A DNA stretch of 64,000 nt from assembly GCA_907165135.1 (NCBI GenBank), contig OU015566.1, positions 12,896,001-12,960,000 of the forward strand, read 5' to 3'. This document shows, one piece after another, positions 10,783-24,000 of the stretch; positions within the stretch are counted from its first letter, which is position 1, and each line of letters begins with the position of its first letter. Below the pieces are notes generated by a model. That model worked only from the letters and a program-made list of their open reading frames with translations. It had not been told where the DNA came from and searched no databases. The DNA comes from Oikopleura dioica. Taxonomy: Eukaryota; Animalia; Chordata. The position numbers and the translations under genes were made by a program.

Positions 10783-13700
10783 TCACGAGAGGAAAACGTC
10801 GATTACGTTTTGAATGCGCTCTCGGCAGACGTGACAGTTCTGAAGATTGAATAAGGATGGAGTGAGAGAATTAAGGGAGTTACCTCGAGTTGTGGAGCGC
10901 AAGCGGGACAGGCGCTTAGATGGCGGCATGGAAGGAAACAAACTGTGGCTAAATTTGAAAGGCACACTTTACACTCATGTTGGCGACGTAGATGATCGTA
11001 AGTTCTGAAAGAAGATTAATGGCGAAAGATGGTGGAGTGCTTACAATCGTCGTTCATCCTCGGACAAGCCTTCGAAATTGTCTGGTAGAGGTTCAGGAGC
11101 TCGATGATTGATGCTGTTCCGATTCGGAATTGTGTATGGAGAGATGCGAGAGTTTTGCGACTGAAATCAAGATTAAGAGAACTGCGCAGATGGCGATTTG
11201 GATAGTTACCAGAAGAATCGGCGAGCGACGCGAATTGATCAAGCGTTGAGAAGGAAAAGAAGGCGATTGGCGGGCAACAATCGCGGTCGACGGGGAGCTA
11301 GTCATGTTGCGGATTGGCGACGGACTCATGAATTCTGAGTTGAAGCCGTTGCGCAGTGACGTCACTGAAATTGGGGAGTAGCGGTTTGGATGAGGGCTGT
11401 AAACGAGGTCATAAATTATCTTCTTATAATACACTGGTAGCTGATAAAATATGCAAATTAGGGGCGATACTAATTCATGACACTGGCCTTGTTGCGCTGC
11501 TCGAGCGTGAAACGGTAGTGAGTGGCGAATGTATAGAGTTCCTCACAGGGTTGACGATCGACAGAGGTATGTCAGTAATGAGCGGAGGAGGAGAAGCGAG
11601 TGTGGAGCGAGGAGGAGTAGCTGGACGTGGAGTGTCGGCTTGAACTGGAACAAAAGAGCGACTAGAGGGCGGAGTGGGATGACTTGATGCTGAGACGATA
11701 GGGCTGGACCCCAGACCTAGAATTGATCAGTTATATCAACGAAGAAAAAGGAGAAAGGTTACTTCTCCGGCGCATTGACGGATCCGTAGTGGTGGGCGGC
11801 GGCCTTCTTTGACCCGTCTGCTGATTGATCAAGCTAAAACAGTGTCTGTTTATTACAGTGGATCTACTGCGAGTGGTATCACCTAGCGTAGGGCCCTGTC
11901 ACTAGATACTCAGCGCCTTTATCAAGCACGATGAAGGCGCACGCAGGGTTGTTCTTGACGTGCTCCTTCCAAACATCATCCCCGGGCGACCATCTGGCGA
12001 GCGTCACCCCGCTGAGAAAACGTAATCAGTTTCTTTTCTTATGTAAAGCCGAGGCAATAATAAAAAATAACAAAAATACAATAAAGCGATCACAATGACT
12101 TTTTAGGTCAGCGGCAAAAAGTTAAAGCGAACATATCTACAGCAATTTGCGCACCGCCGATAAGCGCTAAAGCCGAATGCGTATTAGGTTTAAGCTTACC
12201 AGTAATAGCAAGTGACCGAATCTCGGTCCTCTGAGCCCGGATTTGAAAAGAATCCACATTCAGCGAATTCTTGCGGCGTCGGGGACATGGCAGGATTTGC
12301 CCGAAGACGATCTTGAAATGAGGCTTCACGAGCGCTAAAATTTCAGTTTTCAAAGTCGAAACTTTCAATATTTAATAATTCATTGATTAATATAATTCTC
12401 GATAACAACATACGCAACATTGCTGAATTCCTCTCGCTTTGGAAGGACGAGCAGTGGACGCAGAAATGGACAATTCTTGAAGTGCTCCTTATGCTCCTCT
12501 GAATTATAAATTGGCATCAGAATGGTTGAGAGAGATAGAGAAGATCTACCTAATGGGTTGTCCCCCTCGCGCCAGGATTTGAACCGGCCTTGGCAGTAGT
12601 CGCAGCGCACTTGGTCGTCCGGCCCTTCATACTGAAATTAAATTAGTCCAAGGCCCTAATTAGTGAGTAGATCTGCTCAAGAGGGCCCCTTTCCCATTTA
12701 CTTGGCAATTTCAAATTCAATATGCTATAAAAAAGGGAGCGACACTGTTAATGGACCTACTCGAAATCCGGCGAGGGCAAGCGCTTCATTGGACACTGGA
12801 CAAAAGCCCGGCTCAAAGGAAGATAATCTGTTGACGTAAGCTCGGTCCCGTTTTGGATAAGACATGACGCATCATCTCATTCTAAACATAATCTCGACTG
12901 ATCAGCTGGTTTTGCATCAGCTGGGCAAGCAAAAAATACATTATTCTTCAAGGAGTCATGGAAGGATTAAACATTCCCATCAGGCGTTTTAACTCTTCGC
13001 TAGGCTCAACTTGAGGTGCATCTGTGACTTCTTTCTCTGCTTTATCTCCTTCTTTGTCGTGCTTGACGTTCGTTTGACTGATAATGACTGAGAAAGAAAG
13101 TGGTAAACTGACAGAGTTACGAGCGGTAAAATTACTTGATGGTTCTTCCAGTCGCCGAATTTTCGATGGAACAACTTCGATAGTTTCCATTTCTGCGTTC
13201 TGATCTTCCATTTCTTCTCCAAACGATTCTTCCCCGCTGTCGAATGGTTCCGGCTCCATATCTTGTGGAACGTCTTCAGTACTTGCTTCTTGTGTATCTT
13301 AATTTTTCAGTGAATTGGACTGAATGGATCCGGCTTGAGTAACTTACCACTCTGTTCGGCATTCTGCGAGTCAGATTCATAGTCACTTCCTTCACAATTC
13401 TCGGCGTTTTTGTTTTTCAAACTGGTCTCTTCTTCATTTTCTCGAACCGCGAGGGACGGCCGCCTGCGCGCGCCAACTCCCTTTTGCGCCGATGGCGTAA
13501 GATCTACCTCCATGCCGTGCTCTCTGGCTCCATTTGTGGGCACGCAGACGCCGCTTTGCGTGCCCAGCTTTTCTAGCTTTGACTCGAGTCGTTTTAGCCC
13601 GCTGGCTATTGTTTGTAACGATGTGTTTTCTTCGTCTGATTTCTTCATTGGTTTCAAATTCAACCGCAGCTCGTTCGAATCAGCATCGTTCTTGATTAAT

Positions 13701-13790
13701 TGAAATCTATGAAATGGCCGTTGAAGACGCGTCGTCGTATTCAACAATGACCGTGCCGCCGCCTTGGCCACCGGAGAACGGCTAAAATAA
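10783..13790 (-). CDS. Inhibitor of apoptosis protein: BIR-BIR-(S/P/T-rich linker)-RING
   Basis: BIR1 LALAGFRYEGPDDQVRCDYCQGRFKSWREGDNPLEEHKEHFKNC and BIR2 FAECGFF...SVTCYYCGVTLARWSPGDDVWKEHVKNNPAC both fit Cx2Cx16Hx6C. The C-terminal RING is CKVCLSNLATVCFLPCRHLSACPACAPQLENCHVCRERIQNVIDVFLS*. The link to the N-terminal low-complexity exons at 12948-13790 is less certain. Confidence 0.88.
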
Positions 13791-13873
13791 ATTATTGAAT
13801 ATTGTGTCTCCGCGTGAACTTGGGTCTCGCCGAAATTGCCAAGTGAATCAAATGCTATCGATAGAATAATCTA

Positions 13874-14406
13874 TAGGGTTTTTCACGGGAACGGCGCGGC
13901 GCGCTCCGGGCCTTCCACCGCCAAAATCGAACTCTTATTTTTGATCAAAAATGAAAATTTAAATTATCAAACGTACTAATTAAAGGTCGCAGATTCCAAA
14001 TATCGAATGTTTATTCTATATAAATTTCAAATTATGCCGAAAAATCACTTTTTGCACAAATTTTCTTACTTTTCTCCCGGAGTACACCAAAATACACCTC
14101 TGATTTTGAGATATGATTGATAATAGACCTTTATTACTTATCTCTCAAAAATTCAGAATTCAGCAACATTCAGCAGATACTCAAACTGAGGCTTAACTAA
14201 TCGGAAGGGCCTGGGCGCGAGCTTATTTACAGAGCGCCCGGGGAGCAGTCCGAACCTTTTTGCTCAAGGTGACAAAATCAGGTGGTTCGATGCTGAAATC
14301 CGGGGATTTCCGATTTTGGTATTTTTGGAATCAGTGGGTCAAATTTAGTCTACAGTGTGAATTTCAGAAACATAGCATAACTTTGAAATTCCCGTGAGAA
14401 ACCCTA
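13874..14406. mobile_element. hAT-type MITE, 533 bp
   Basis: 18-bp TIRs tagggtttttcacgggaa (13874-13891) and ttcccgtgagaaacccta (14389-14406), with 1 mismatch. Perfect 8-bp TSD ataatcta at 13866-13873 and 14407-14414. Confidence 0.9.
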
Positions 14407-14616
14407 ATAATCTATATTTCAACGAAATGGGACAGGATCAGTGTTTTATGCAGAAACGCATAATTCATTCTCGTTTCGCAACTTAATTAAGGATCGCCCT
14501 GCGTTATAAATATTAAGAAATGCCGTAAGCGAAAGGATGGATAAAAGAATTTTTAATGAAAATCCCGTAACTTCAATTTTCTGGTCATATAGCTGTAAAA
14601 CTGTCTATTCTTTACT

Positions 14617-17155
14617 TTAGTAGCTGCGCGGGTAAACATACCTGCTGAGATACAGCCTCGCCAATTGCCTGGCGAGCAACAAAGGCGTCGGAAATTTGCT
14701 ATTGGTGAGCTGAACGAGCTCTTGAACGATTTTCAGGAGCTCTGGGATCGTCTCACTTGCGCTGCTAACTTGAGAGTTGTCCACGAGTGTTCTGAAAATC
14801 GTGGAAGTGGCGTCGACGAGTAAATTTGGCTTCACATAAGTGCCGTATGCTTTTTGAAAACCTTCGCCAATTATCGAGTTTAGTAAAGTTTACTCTCGTT
14901 AAAAAAACCAAAGAATCGATCATAAAAAGTGTCTCAAAAATATTTTCGTCGCTGAAAAAATGAACGAAAGTGCACGTGCCTATCTCTTTTTGAAAGCCTC
15001 TGTTTCTCTAATTTCCCTCGAATTGGTGACGTATTCCCTGTAACAAAGCTTCTGAGCAAGGCGATGTCTTTGATCTCCGGCTACAAAGAAAATGAAAAAA
15101 AAGTTAAACACGGAATGGTGAATGCTTTGGTAGTTAGAATCTGCGACTCGGTATTAAATATTCACATACGCGAGTAAATTTGATGTGAAATCCGCGATCG
15201 ATTGACTACTTATCTCCTTTTATTTTTCAATATCTAAAAGCTTGGCCTTTCGGAGCAGGGGCCAGTTGTGAAAAGAAAAAGAAAAAAATAGAAGAAAAAG
15301 ATAATGGAAGTATTCATAAACGAGTAGTTTATTGATGATCGGATATTCTGAGATTAGGGAGTGTATTTTTTCTCATTCTGAAGAGCTGACGCGCTACAGA
15401 TTATATCAAAAGCCTTCTTATAAAAAGGGATATTATAAAGACACAAATTTGATGGTAATCTTTTTGCTGACGTCTTTAATTTTTTAATTTTAGGCAATCC
15501 TGAGATTCAAAGATCGATCGAAGTTTTTCTACAGAAATGATCGTCGATAGCAACATAAATAAGTCTCTCCAGATTCGAACTGTATTGTCTAAGACAATTT
15601 ATACCTTTTGAAGTTTTTTCAAAATCTTTAGCGCAAGCTTCTCAAAATTTTTCGTTCTATGAAGTGATCCAAGCACTCCAAGTTGATTAATCCATTCAAG
15701 TAACGTCTCTTCAATCGCATCGGCCACTCCAGCTTTATCCGCTGCGTATAAGCCCGACAAGACTTCCGCGACGTTATTGTTGACGAGAAGCAGCTCTTGA
15801 CTGTAGGATTTAACGATGGAAAGTGCGAGCGAGCTGAGTAGTCTCAGCACGGCAGGATCGACGGCAGTGTGGCGCAAAATTGCGAAGAAATCTTCCACCG
15901 GGAAGTCGACGCATCCGTGGTAAAGGATGTGTCCGCGGAGGAAGGAGACGGTAAAGTGTAATCGCCGGTACTCAAAATTGGATCAACAAATTGTTCCTAT
16001 ACGGAGATTTATGTTCATTCCCATGATTATTGACTAGAGATAGTAATCGAAGGTCCAAGATTGTCCATAAAAATCTTCATTTATTTCAACGCGGAAATAT
16101 TTTTCGACCCTCGCGTAAATCAATCACTATCAATATCTGCGAATGTCATATTTTTATAGCCCGGTCATCGCCTCCGTATAATTTTGACTGAGAAATAATG
16201 AAGATGATCGACAGCTTGGAGAGATGTCAAATTAAATGAAGCGGATTCTATTTAATCTCAACATATGACTACCGAGATCTGCCGATCAATTAAAAAGGGA
16301 GAGTCAAGGGATATTTAAAAAATTGATCCTTTCCAGAATTTCTGCACTTTCTTCGAGCTCTTCTTCGTTTTCAACAAAGCTTTGATTGAAAATCAGTAAC
16401 GATGTGTTAAGAGTTTCTAGGGTTCTTTCTTCAGGTTTTTCGACGTTTTTCGACAAAAGCATTGGCGAGATCTGGTCAAGGAGCAGCAGCATTTCATTAT
16501 ACAGATCTTCAAATTGGTCCTTTGTTGACGCAGCGGAAAGAATCGTGGCAGCTTTCAGTCGCAAGATATGATCTGGACTAGACGCAAACGTGGCGAGGTT
16601 GAGCCACATCTTGCGCTTAACCTGTCGGCAGGGGCCGCCAAAAGATGAGAGCAGGATCAGTAAAATGGAGAGATACGCGTCTGAGTTGGATGCCTGCCGA
16701 ATCCGTGATAGGATGTCATTAGCCCAGCTGAAGAAAATGCGTCAGAATTTAATCATTTCTGATCATTCAGGAATCAGAAATTTCATTCTTCTTCCTTGCT
16801 TATTTCTTTCTAAGTTTTTTAATCTGATTCACTGAGAATAAGTCTAATGATTTGAACCATTTGAAATAAAATAAGACTGACTCCTTTCTTACCATTAAAA
16901 ATTATCAAATATGCGTAATAAAAGATATAAAAGCTCTCACCTCAGAATATGGGGCGATAGAAGCTGCGTCGTGTTCGTCGTTTTGGCTGCATTAATTACG
17001 CGCCCAATAAGATCCACCGCCGCATAGTCGTTCATGAACTCGCCATGAAGCTTCCTAAGAGCTTGATCAACCCATTTGACGCAGTTCTTTTCAAAATCTT
17101 TCACTTCGCCTTGGCCAAGCCTCGACCGCAGCGCTTCGATTTTATCGTCGTCCAT
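14617..17155 (-). CDS. Multi-exon alpha-helical (HEAT/ARM-like) protein, family not identified
   Basis: Same-strand Leu-rich helical ORFs 16937-17155, 16304-16609, 15599-15898 and 14617-14835, separated by introns. The ATG at 17155 lies just after a tttcag acceptor. Confidence 0.6.
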
Positions 17156-17248
17156 TCTATTCTTTCAGCTCTGAAAGAAAAGTTATTTAGCGCGGAATTG
17201 AGGAGAATTCTGGCTTTTGAGGAAATTGGCAGTAACTCGAGTTTGCAG

Positions 17249-20200
17249 TTATCTGGAACTTGAAAAACATCCGAGAATGTTTGTTGAAAGAGCAGTTCGG
17301 AGATGGTGCACCTGTTGGACGACTTCCTGTGCAAAGTTTGAGCAAAATTTATTAATAAAAAATGACGATTAAAAAAATTCTCGAAACCAAAAAAACAGGA
17401 TTTTTAAACAAGTAAACGACTGAAAAATGACTTAAGTCAATGTGATAAATCAATGTGATGAACGCTTAAAAACTCAGAGTTTAAAATAAAACATTTTCAA
17501 CGAGCACTCTATGCTTCATGCGCTTCATCAAAACACCTATTACGTCGGTGCGCACGAGTTGCACCCTCGAACACTCGCTAAAATTTCCAAGTGCTTCGCC
17601 TCCCCCGCGCTGCGCCAAATTTCAACCCTCTTCGTTCCGAGTCCCCCTTCATTCATTTTCTCTATTCTCTGCTCTCCGCGCGGTGTTTTCGAATAAATCA
17701 ACAGGGAGTGCCGCGAAAAAAGGGCGGTATACAGAGCTTTATTTTACCGCGGTCGAGAAAAATCAACTCCCGTCCATTCCAATTTCAGGCGACCTTTCGG
17801 CCATCATAAATTTTAAAAACACTTTTCGCCCCGAGGCACATGCTTAAACTTGAAAATTCGCTTTCATAAAATGGCGTGACCTTGAGAGCAACCTCAAAAT
17901 TTAAACGCTTGTCGAAAGTGATATAGAATGCCTCTAGTCATATAATTTAATTACAGACGCTTTGCCTAATCATCATACTGTAAAAAGATCCTACATCAAC
18001 TACCCTTAAACATGATAATGACAGTAAGAAGTACGCAACAAACAACTCAACGTTTAAGCCTTTTAACAATAAATCGATTTAATTATTCAATAATAATTCA
18101 TCAATTAATAAGATAAATTTTCTGAAAAGTAACTGTAAGTACCACTTTCCCTGTAAAAAGATAGTCAAAGAGTTTCTATCTCTATGCTGAAGAGTCCGCA
18201 AACTCGCCTCTCGGTAGATAGTTTTTCAATAAATATAAAACTGCGAATAACAAGGAGGCCCCTTGTAAATAATTAATTATGCTCAAACCCAATTCCTGCT
18301 CGAACAGAGTTGCTAATTCAGGCGATGTAGTCTGTCGTGCACTGTCTATTAGATCCTGGATGAGCCCATTGTTAGCCTCGTTTGACTTTCCGAGTTCCTC
18401 CAGAATTGCCGTCAAGTGAACAATAAGCGATTCACTTTTCAATGGCTAAATAATTCCCTTTGAATACTACTCTTGTATATATATAAAGCGCGTTTTCTAA
18501 GAATTCAGAACAAAGACTTGAACTTTCATTTAGACAAATTTTTTTAAGACATAAGAAAATAGTAAAGCATGCCGAAAATAATTAACCTATCAATGTATTT
18601 TGATCAGTTTTTGGGCCATAATCGCAAAAAAAGGACATTCTTTAATTATAGCCAAAAATATGGTCAAAAATCTGGATGGGTTAATATTTCTAGAGCACAA
18701 TTAAACTTTTCAAAAAAATTATCTTTATTGAAGCATTTTTTATGAAAAATCCTTGATATCTCAGTTCTGTTTCGAAGAAAAAATCGCGTGAAAACGCACA
18801 AGCAATAAATAAGGGCCGGAAACTCAAGTATTGAGTCGTTTGATAGGGGGTATCTTACATTGTTAGGATCATTTGGATATCTCTTATTTTGCTGCTGCAC
18901 CAAGTCGTAAGCGTTTGCGCAAGCGTGCTCGGCAGTTTCGATTTCTGTCGGGTATTTGGTCTTTAGGGATGATGATGATGAATTGACAATGCCAAAGACC
19001 TTCTCTGAAGCCATCAATCAATCGAACTCGTCCTTTGAGAGTTACCTTACCTAATCTACTGTTCACTATTCAGGCTTCAAAAATATTGTCGACCGCGCGT
19101 GTTGTATTATTATTCAAAATTCAAAAACCAAACAAAAAAATGCTCGAGTGCTCGAAATCGCTTTCTGAAGAAAAAAGCCATTTTCAAATCGTCATAAAAA
19201 GATAGCACTTAACAAACCGAAACACGGCCACAGCCAAGAATCAGCTTCTTTCAAGCCCCATTCAATTGAATAAGTAGTACTAGCGAAACTCGTCTTTTAT
19301 ATACAAAATTATTTATATAAAAAATACATTGAAGCATCATTTAAGCGCCCTATTTTTAACCTTTGAGAACAAAAAACTATTGTATCTTTTCGGTCAATTA
19401 TGACGTCTGAGATCTAAATTTACAATTTTCACTGAAAATAAAAATTGAAAGCCTCTCCTTGTTGAAGTCTGACCATGTTCTGTGCGTATTCTTTCTTTTC
19501 GGACATCGAAAGATGCTGCCCAAGGGCAAACTGAGCTTGGGCATGGTTGTTCGTCAAATGTAGTAAGCCTACAATACGTTCCTTTTCGTCCAACAGCACT
19601 TAACAACAGAGTTTCAAACTCGCCACTAATTGGCAATAATTAGCCCGGCGAGAGAGAAAGAAAACTTTCAATCAGCGACAGTCTCAGCGTAATCTCACCT
19701 TGAAGGTCGGCTAATCCATTGATGAGCGGCATCATTGCGGCCTTCGTGTCGGCAAGGTCACTCTTTTCGTCGGGCTTTTCGACGACGAGCGGGTTGAGCT
19801 GCTCGTTGCTCATCACGTTCAAATCAGAAACGAAGTAGGGCTCCCCCGATAGAGATAGTTCAGGCTCGTTGCTGTCGAAGCGGATTTTGTAGCCATTCTG
19901 AACAGAGTATTCATCTTTAATCATACCTATAAGAGAGAACTTACATTGACAACGACTTCGACCGTTCCAGTCGCTAAAAGATCGTCTCTTGACTGAAGAT
20001 TGACCTTGCACGTGACCCTCGTTCCGACGGGCAGGATCGGCGGTATATTCCTCGGCAAATCTTGCAGCTGATCCGCCGTCAAGGTTCCATTCCGCTGCAA
20101 TATCCTAACTAACGAAACGAATTTACAAAAGAAAGGATCAAAAAGCTTACTTTTTTCGCGTTTGCTCCTGAGTGATTCTCTCTCTTCTTCCAGGAAGGCG

Positions 20201-20439
20201 GTGGAAAAGCGTCGCGGCTTTCCGAGCAGTTTTCGTATCATGTTCCATTCAACCCTTCGTAATCGCTTCCCGTGCAGCTGCGGGAAGGTTTCTTTGAGGC
20301 AGAGCTTGAATTCGCTTTCACTTTCGAAAATGGCATGGTCAATGTCGCTGTAGAAAAACTCGTGGACAGCCCAGCGATGGGCCTTGGGAAGTTTGACGAG
20401 GAAATCGTGTAGTCTCTCCTCATTCCGCCGATTACTCAT
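17249..20439 (-). CDS. LIN9: LIN-9 homolog (DREAM/MuvB core subunit)
   Basis: DIRP region LPKAHRWAVHEFFYSDID...LRRVEWNMIRKLLGKPRRFSTAFLEEER, Tudor-like PVGTRVTCK, and C-terminal ESLIVHLTAIL...FEQEVVQQVHHLRTALS matching LIN9 DLISRLTAIL...FQNNVEIHVAHIQSGL. The last exon is proposed at 17249-17326. Confidence 0.88.
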
Positions 20440-21057
20440 TTCTCTAAGGATAAAGGAGGTTTAGGACGAGGGACACGATTAATCGACGTTTGAATATTAC
20501 CGGTAATTATTTCTTTCGGAATCGAAATATGAGCAGAATGGGTTCCACTCAATTAGACTTTGACGTCAACATTTGAGTGGGCAAAAAGAGCTCTAGGTTC
20601 AGTAATCTGGGTAAAATGAAGGATATGGCAATTGAAATTGAATGACAAAAAGAAACAAATGGGGTTATCGTAGAGCATGAAAATGAGATGGGAAAAACAG
20701 CTCAAGCCTTATTCTTAATTTTTATGGCGATTGAAAAGCGATAAATCGACTACAGTAAAAACCAATAGTACGAAGAAAAAAAATGTCATATTAATACTCA
20801 ATAGTCTCACTGGAGCCAAGATGATCTGGAACGACTTTAGCTGGTAAATAGGTAAATAGTCTGCTATATATAGAGATAAGTCAGTGGGTTAATTCGGTGT
20901 TAAAAACACAACTGAATGTGAAATTCAATTTGAAACATGGAAACGGGATTTTGAAGAGTTTAAAACTGGAAGAAATAAGGGGCGATTGCACTATCGAAAG
21001 ACTGGAGCGCTTTCATGAGTCGTCAACCTTTTTTCGAGCTTTCAAAAGATCATTTTT

Positions 21058-24000
21058 TTATGGAAGCAAACTCAGTTTCGAAAGCTTTTCCTTGAGAGTG
21101 AGTTCATCAATATCATCAGCTTCTGCTCTCTCAACATGATCCAGTTCCGCCTTTTCTATGAGCTTATCGGACTCTTCTAGCGTCGGTATCGTCGTTGGAA
21201 TCTCATCGTCAAGCACTGGAAAGCTCGATTTGTTGAGCGAGTCCTCGAGTTGATCTATTTTGGCTTGGCTTTCTTCGCATTGTCTGAACATGGTTGTTGT
21301 AATAATACCCGAGTTCTGGCGAGCAGACGGAGACAAACTTGCTAGATACACTTCGCTTTTCTGCGGGGACGCTCGTCTAAATTACCAAAGATTTTTGGTA
21401 ATGCATTACCAAATTTTGGTTATCCATTACCAATTTTTTTCAACAATATCCATTTTTTTGCTCAAAAAACACGTAAATTACTCCCAAATGTATCCTACAA
21501 AACAGGCGCGGAGCGCACAAAGGCTCTTTGACTTGACAAAATTGGCCATTTTTGGAAAGTTTGGTAATGCATTACCAAAAATTGGTAATGGATTACCAAA
21601 ATTGGTAATGCATTACCAATTGGTAATTTAGACGAGCGCTTCCCCTTTTCTGTGTATGTATTCAAGAAATATTACGCAACTGTTACTAAACACGCGGAAA
21701 ATGAACCAAAGAGAGGACTTACCGGAGGGATTTCTCCTGTAAAAGCTGATCTTTTTGGCGGTCTCTGTCTTTCTTCAGTGTCAAATTTGTCTCTCTAAGT
21801 GCCTTGATCTCCTGCTGTAGCTCATCCCGCTGCTGACTTATCCTTCTCATGCTCGCTTCGAGAATATTAATTTGCTGCTTGGTCTCAATTAGGTCCACCC
21901 GAGCCCCAGCTGCAGCTGACACCATCGCTTCCAGAGCGGAATCTGATGATACTGCATCTTTACTGAATAAAATAATTTCAAATCCAACACTCTCCACTTT
22001 CAGCTCTCGCGTCGGTTAAAAGAAACAACGTGACACGTCCATAAGCTACCTTAAATTAGCCTGTAATCCCTTCTGAAGATCTCTAAGCGCCATTATCGCC
22101 TCGCTCTCCAACTTCTTCGAATTTCGAGCTTCTGCGAGAGCGTCAGCAAGCTGTGTATCTCGTCGCAGCTCTCGATTTTCCGCTTCAAGAACTTTCATAA
22201 GTTTAAACATGATTATCATTTATTGGGATCAAGGCTTTTTAGGCTGATTGACAGATGTGACGAAACATTACAAAACCATTCATGCTTGTTTATTGTCCTG
22301 TCGTACACTTGATACTTTTAGATCTTCGAAATTCTCAATGTTGTAAATTACAACTCATTATAAATATAAACTTTTTCCTTTTTGCCTTTCATTCGATTCT
22401 TTCAAGTGTTCCGTAGCTTCTGCCTCTCTCAATCTTGCCTTCACGAGCTCCTGTTGTAATTCAAGTACAAATTCTTCGGTATATTTGACATCCTTACGAT
22501 CCGCATCATCCGCTAAAACTTCATCTCTACTTCCGCCTGAAAGTCGTTTGGCGTGACGTTTCGCCAATTTCAACTCCTTGCCCAACAGAATTTTTTCTTC
22601 CGCTTCGATCGCTTGCTAGATCGAAAATTTATTGGAATCAACAAGGACCAATTTAGCCACTAACCTTTACGGAGCGCTGTATAAGATTATGAGCTAGCGT
22701 GTTATTCTCCTTCTCGAGCGATAAAATCCTATTGTTCAAGTTTCGGTTTTCAGCCCGTAGCCACCGTATTTCGCCCTCTTCGGCAAGTTCTTTCTTTCTC
22801 GCGCTTTCGAATTCTTTTCGCCACTTGGACATTTTCGTGGTAGAAATCTTGATACCAGCGCCGTATGCCTTGTTGATTAATAAGTCAGGATCGCGGGCGA
22901 AGAACTTGGGCCCTTCTTTTTGCGCTAGGCTCATCATACCGTCCAGATCACGTCCGAGAAATTGATCCTTCAGCGTCAGAAGCAATGCTTTATTTAGGCT
23001 TATTTAACCCGAAACATAAACAGAAATAACAAGACATTTCGCTCTTTAGGTATTTCCAGCCCTGTTTTTATATTTTCGAGCTTGATCGATCTATTATTCA
23101 AAAATATAGCCCGGCCCTAGTCCAACGCGGAAAATGACCTTGATGCCGTCAACGAAAAATATGTCCAAAATGCGGATCGACAGGTCTTTTTGAAAAACTG
23201 AGCAGAATAGTGTGAGGAACCATTTGGAAGCAAAAGTGGAAGTGGAGAATTCATGAGCTTTGAAGTGAGTGTGGAGTTCTGGGCAATGTTCTTGAATCAG
23301 CATTTCGAGCTGGTAGAGTAAAACTTTCAAGGGGATAAATATTTTATTGTATTATTATAGTAAATTATTGTTCACAAAAAATATACAACGCATTCTTGAA
23401 TCAAACAGTAAAAGACATCTACATGCATTTGGATCATTTTAAAATAACATATTTGAAGTTTCGGAATGCGTCATCTACGGGACAAAATCGTGTATCTAAA
23501 AATTTCGTAGCATTTCATAAATTCTCTTTTTGATTTTTGACTTATAATGACAATTGCCTGTTCCATTCAGGTTATATACGGATTTCTCTGCCACTTGATT
23601 GATCCTTATCAGTTCGGAACGGTCACAGCAACCCCCTGCGCCCTTTGAAATTATGACCAAACAGGCCGATAAATTTCACCGGAATCAGATAAACTTCTTT
23701 TTATCCTCGCCTGGAAGTTCACCCATGCCGGGTTTATACATTTCTCGGAGGCCATAACCGGTCGCTCTCGACATGAGCTTGACAAAAAGGCAGAAGGCAT
23801 CTTCCTCTGGCATATTTAATAATAGCATACCGACGATGAACGCACTGCCCTGGCAGTAACCGACCTCTGGATCGCTAACTGCATATGCTTTCATAACGTT
23901 GAAGAGCATTTCCGCTAAAATTTTCAGTAAAAAGTGGTATAAACTGGTTCGATTTTACTTCCAGAAGCGTCTTGGAACATTTCTTCTTCAGGAAATGTCC

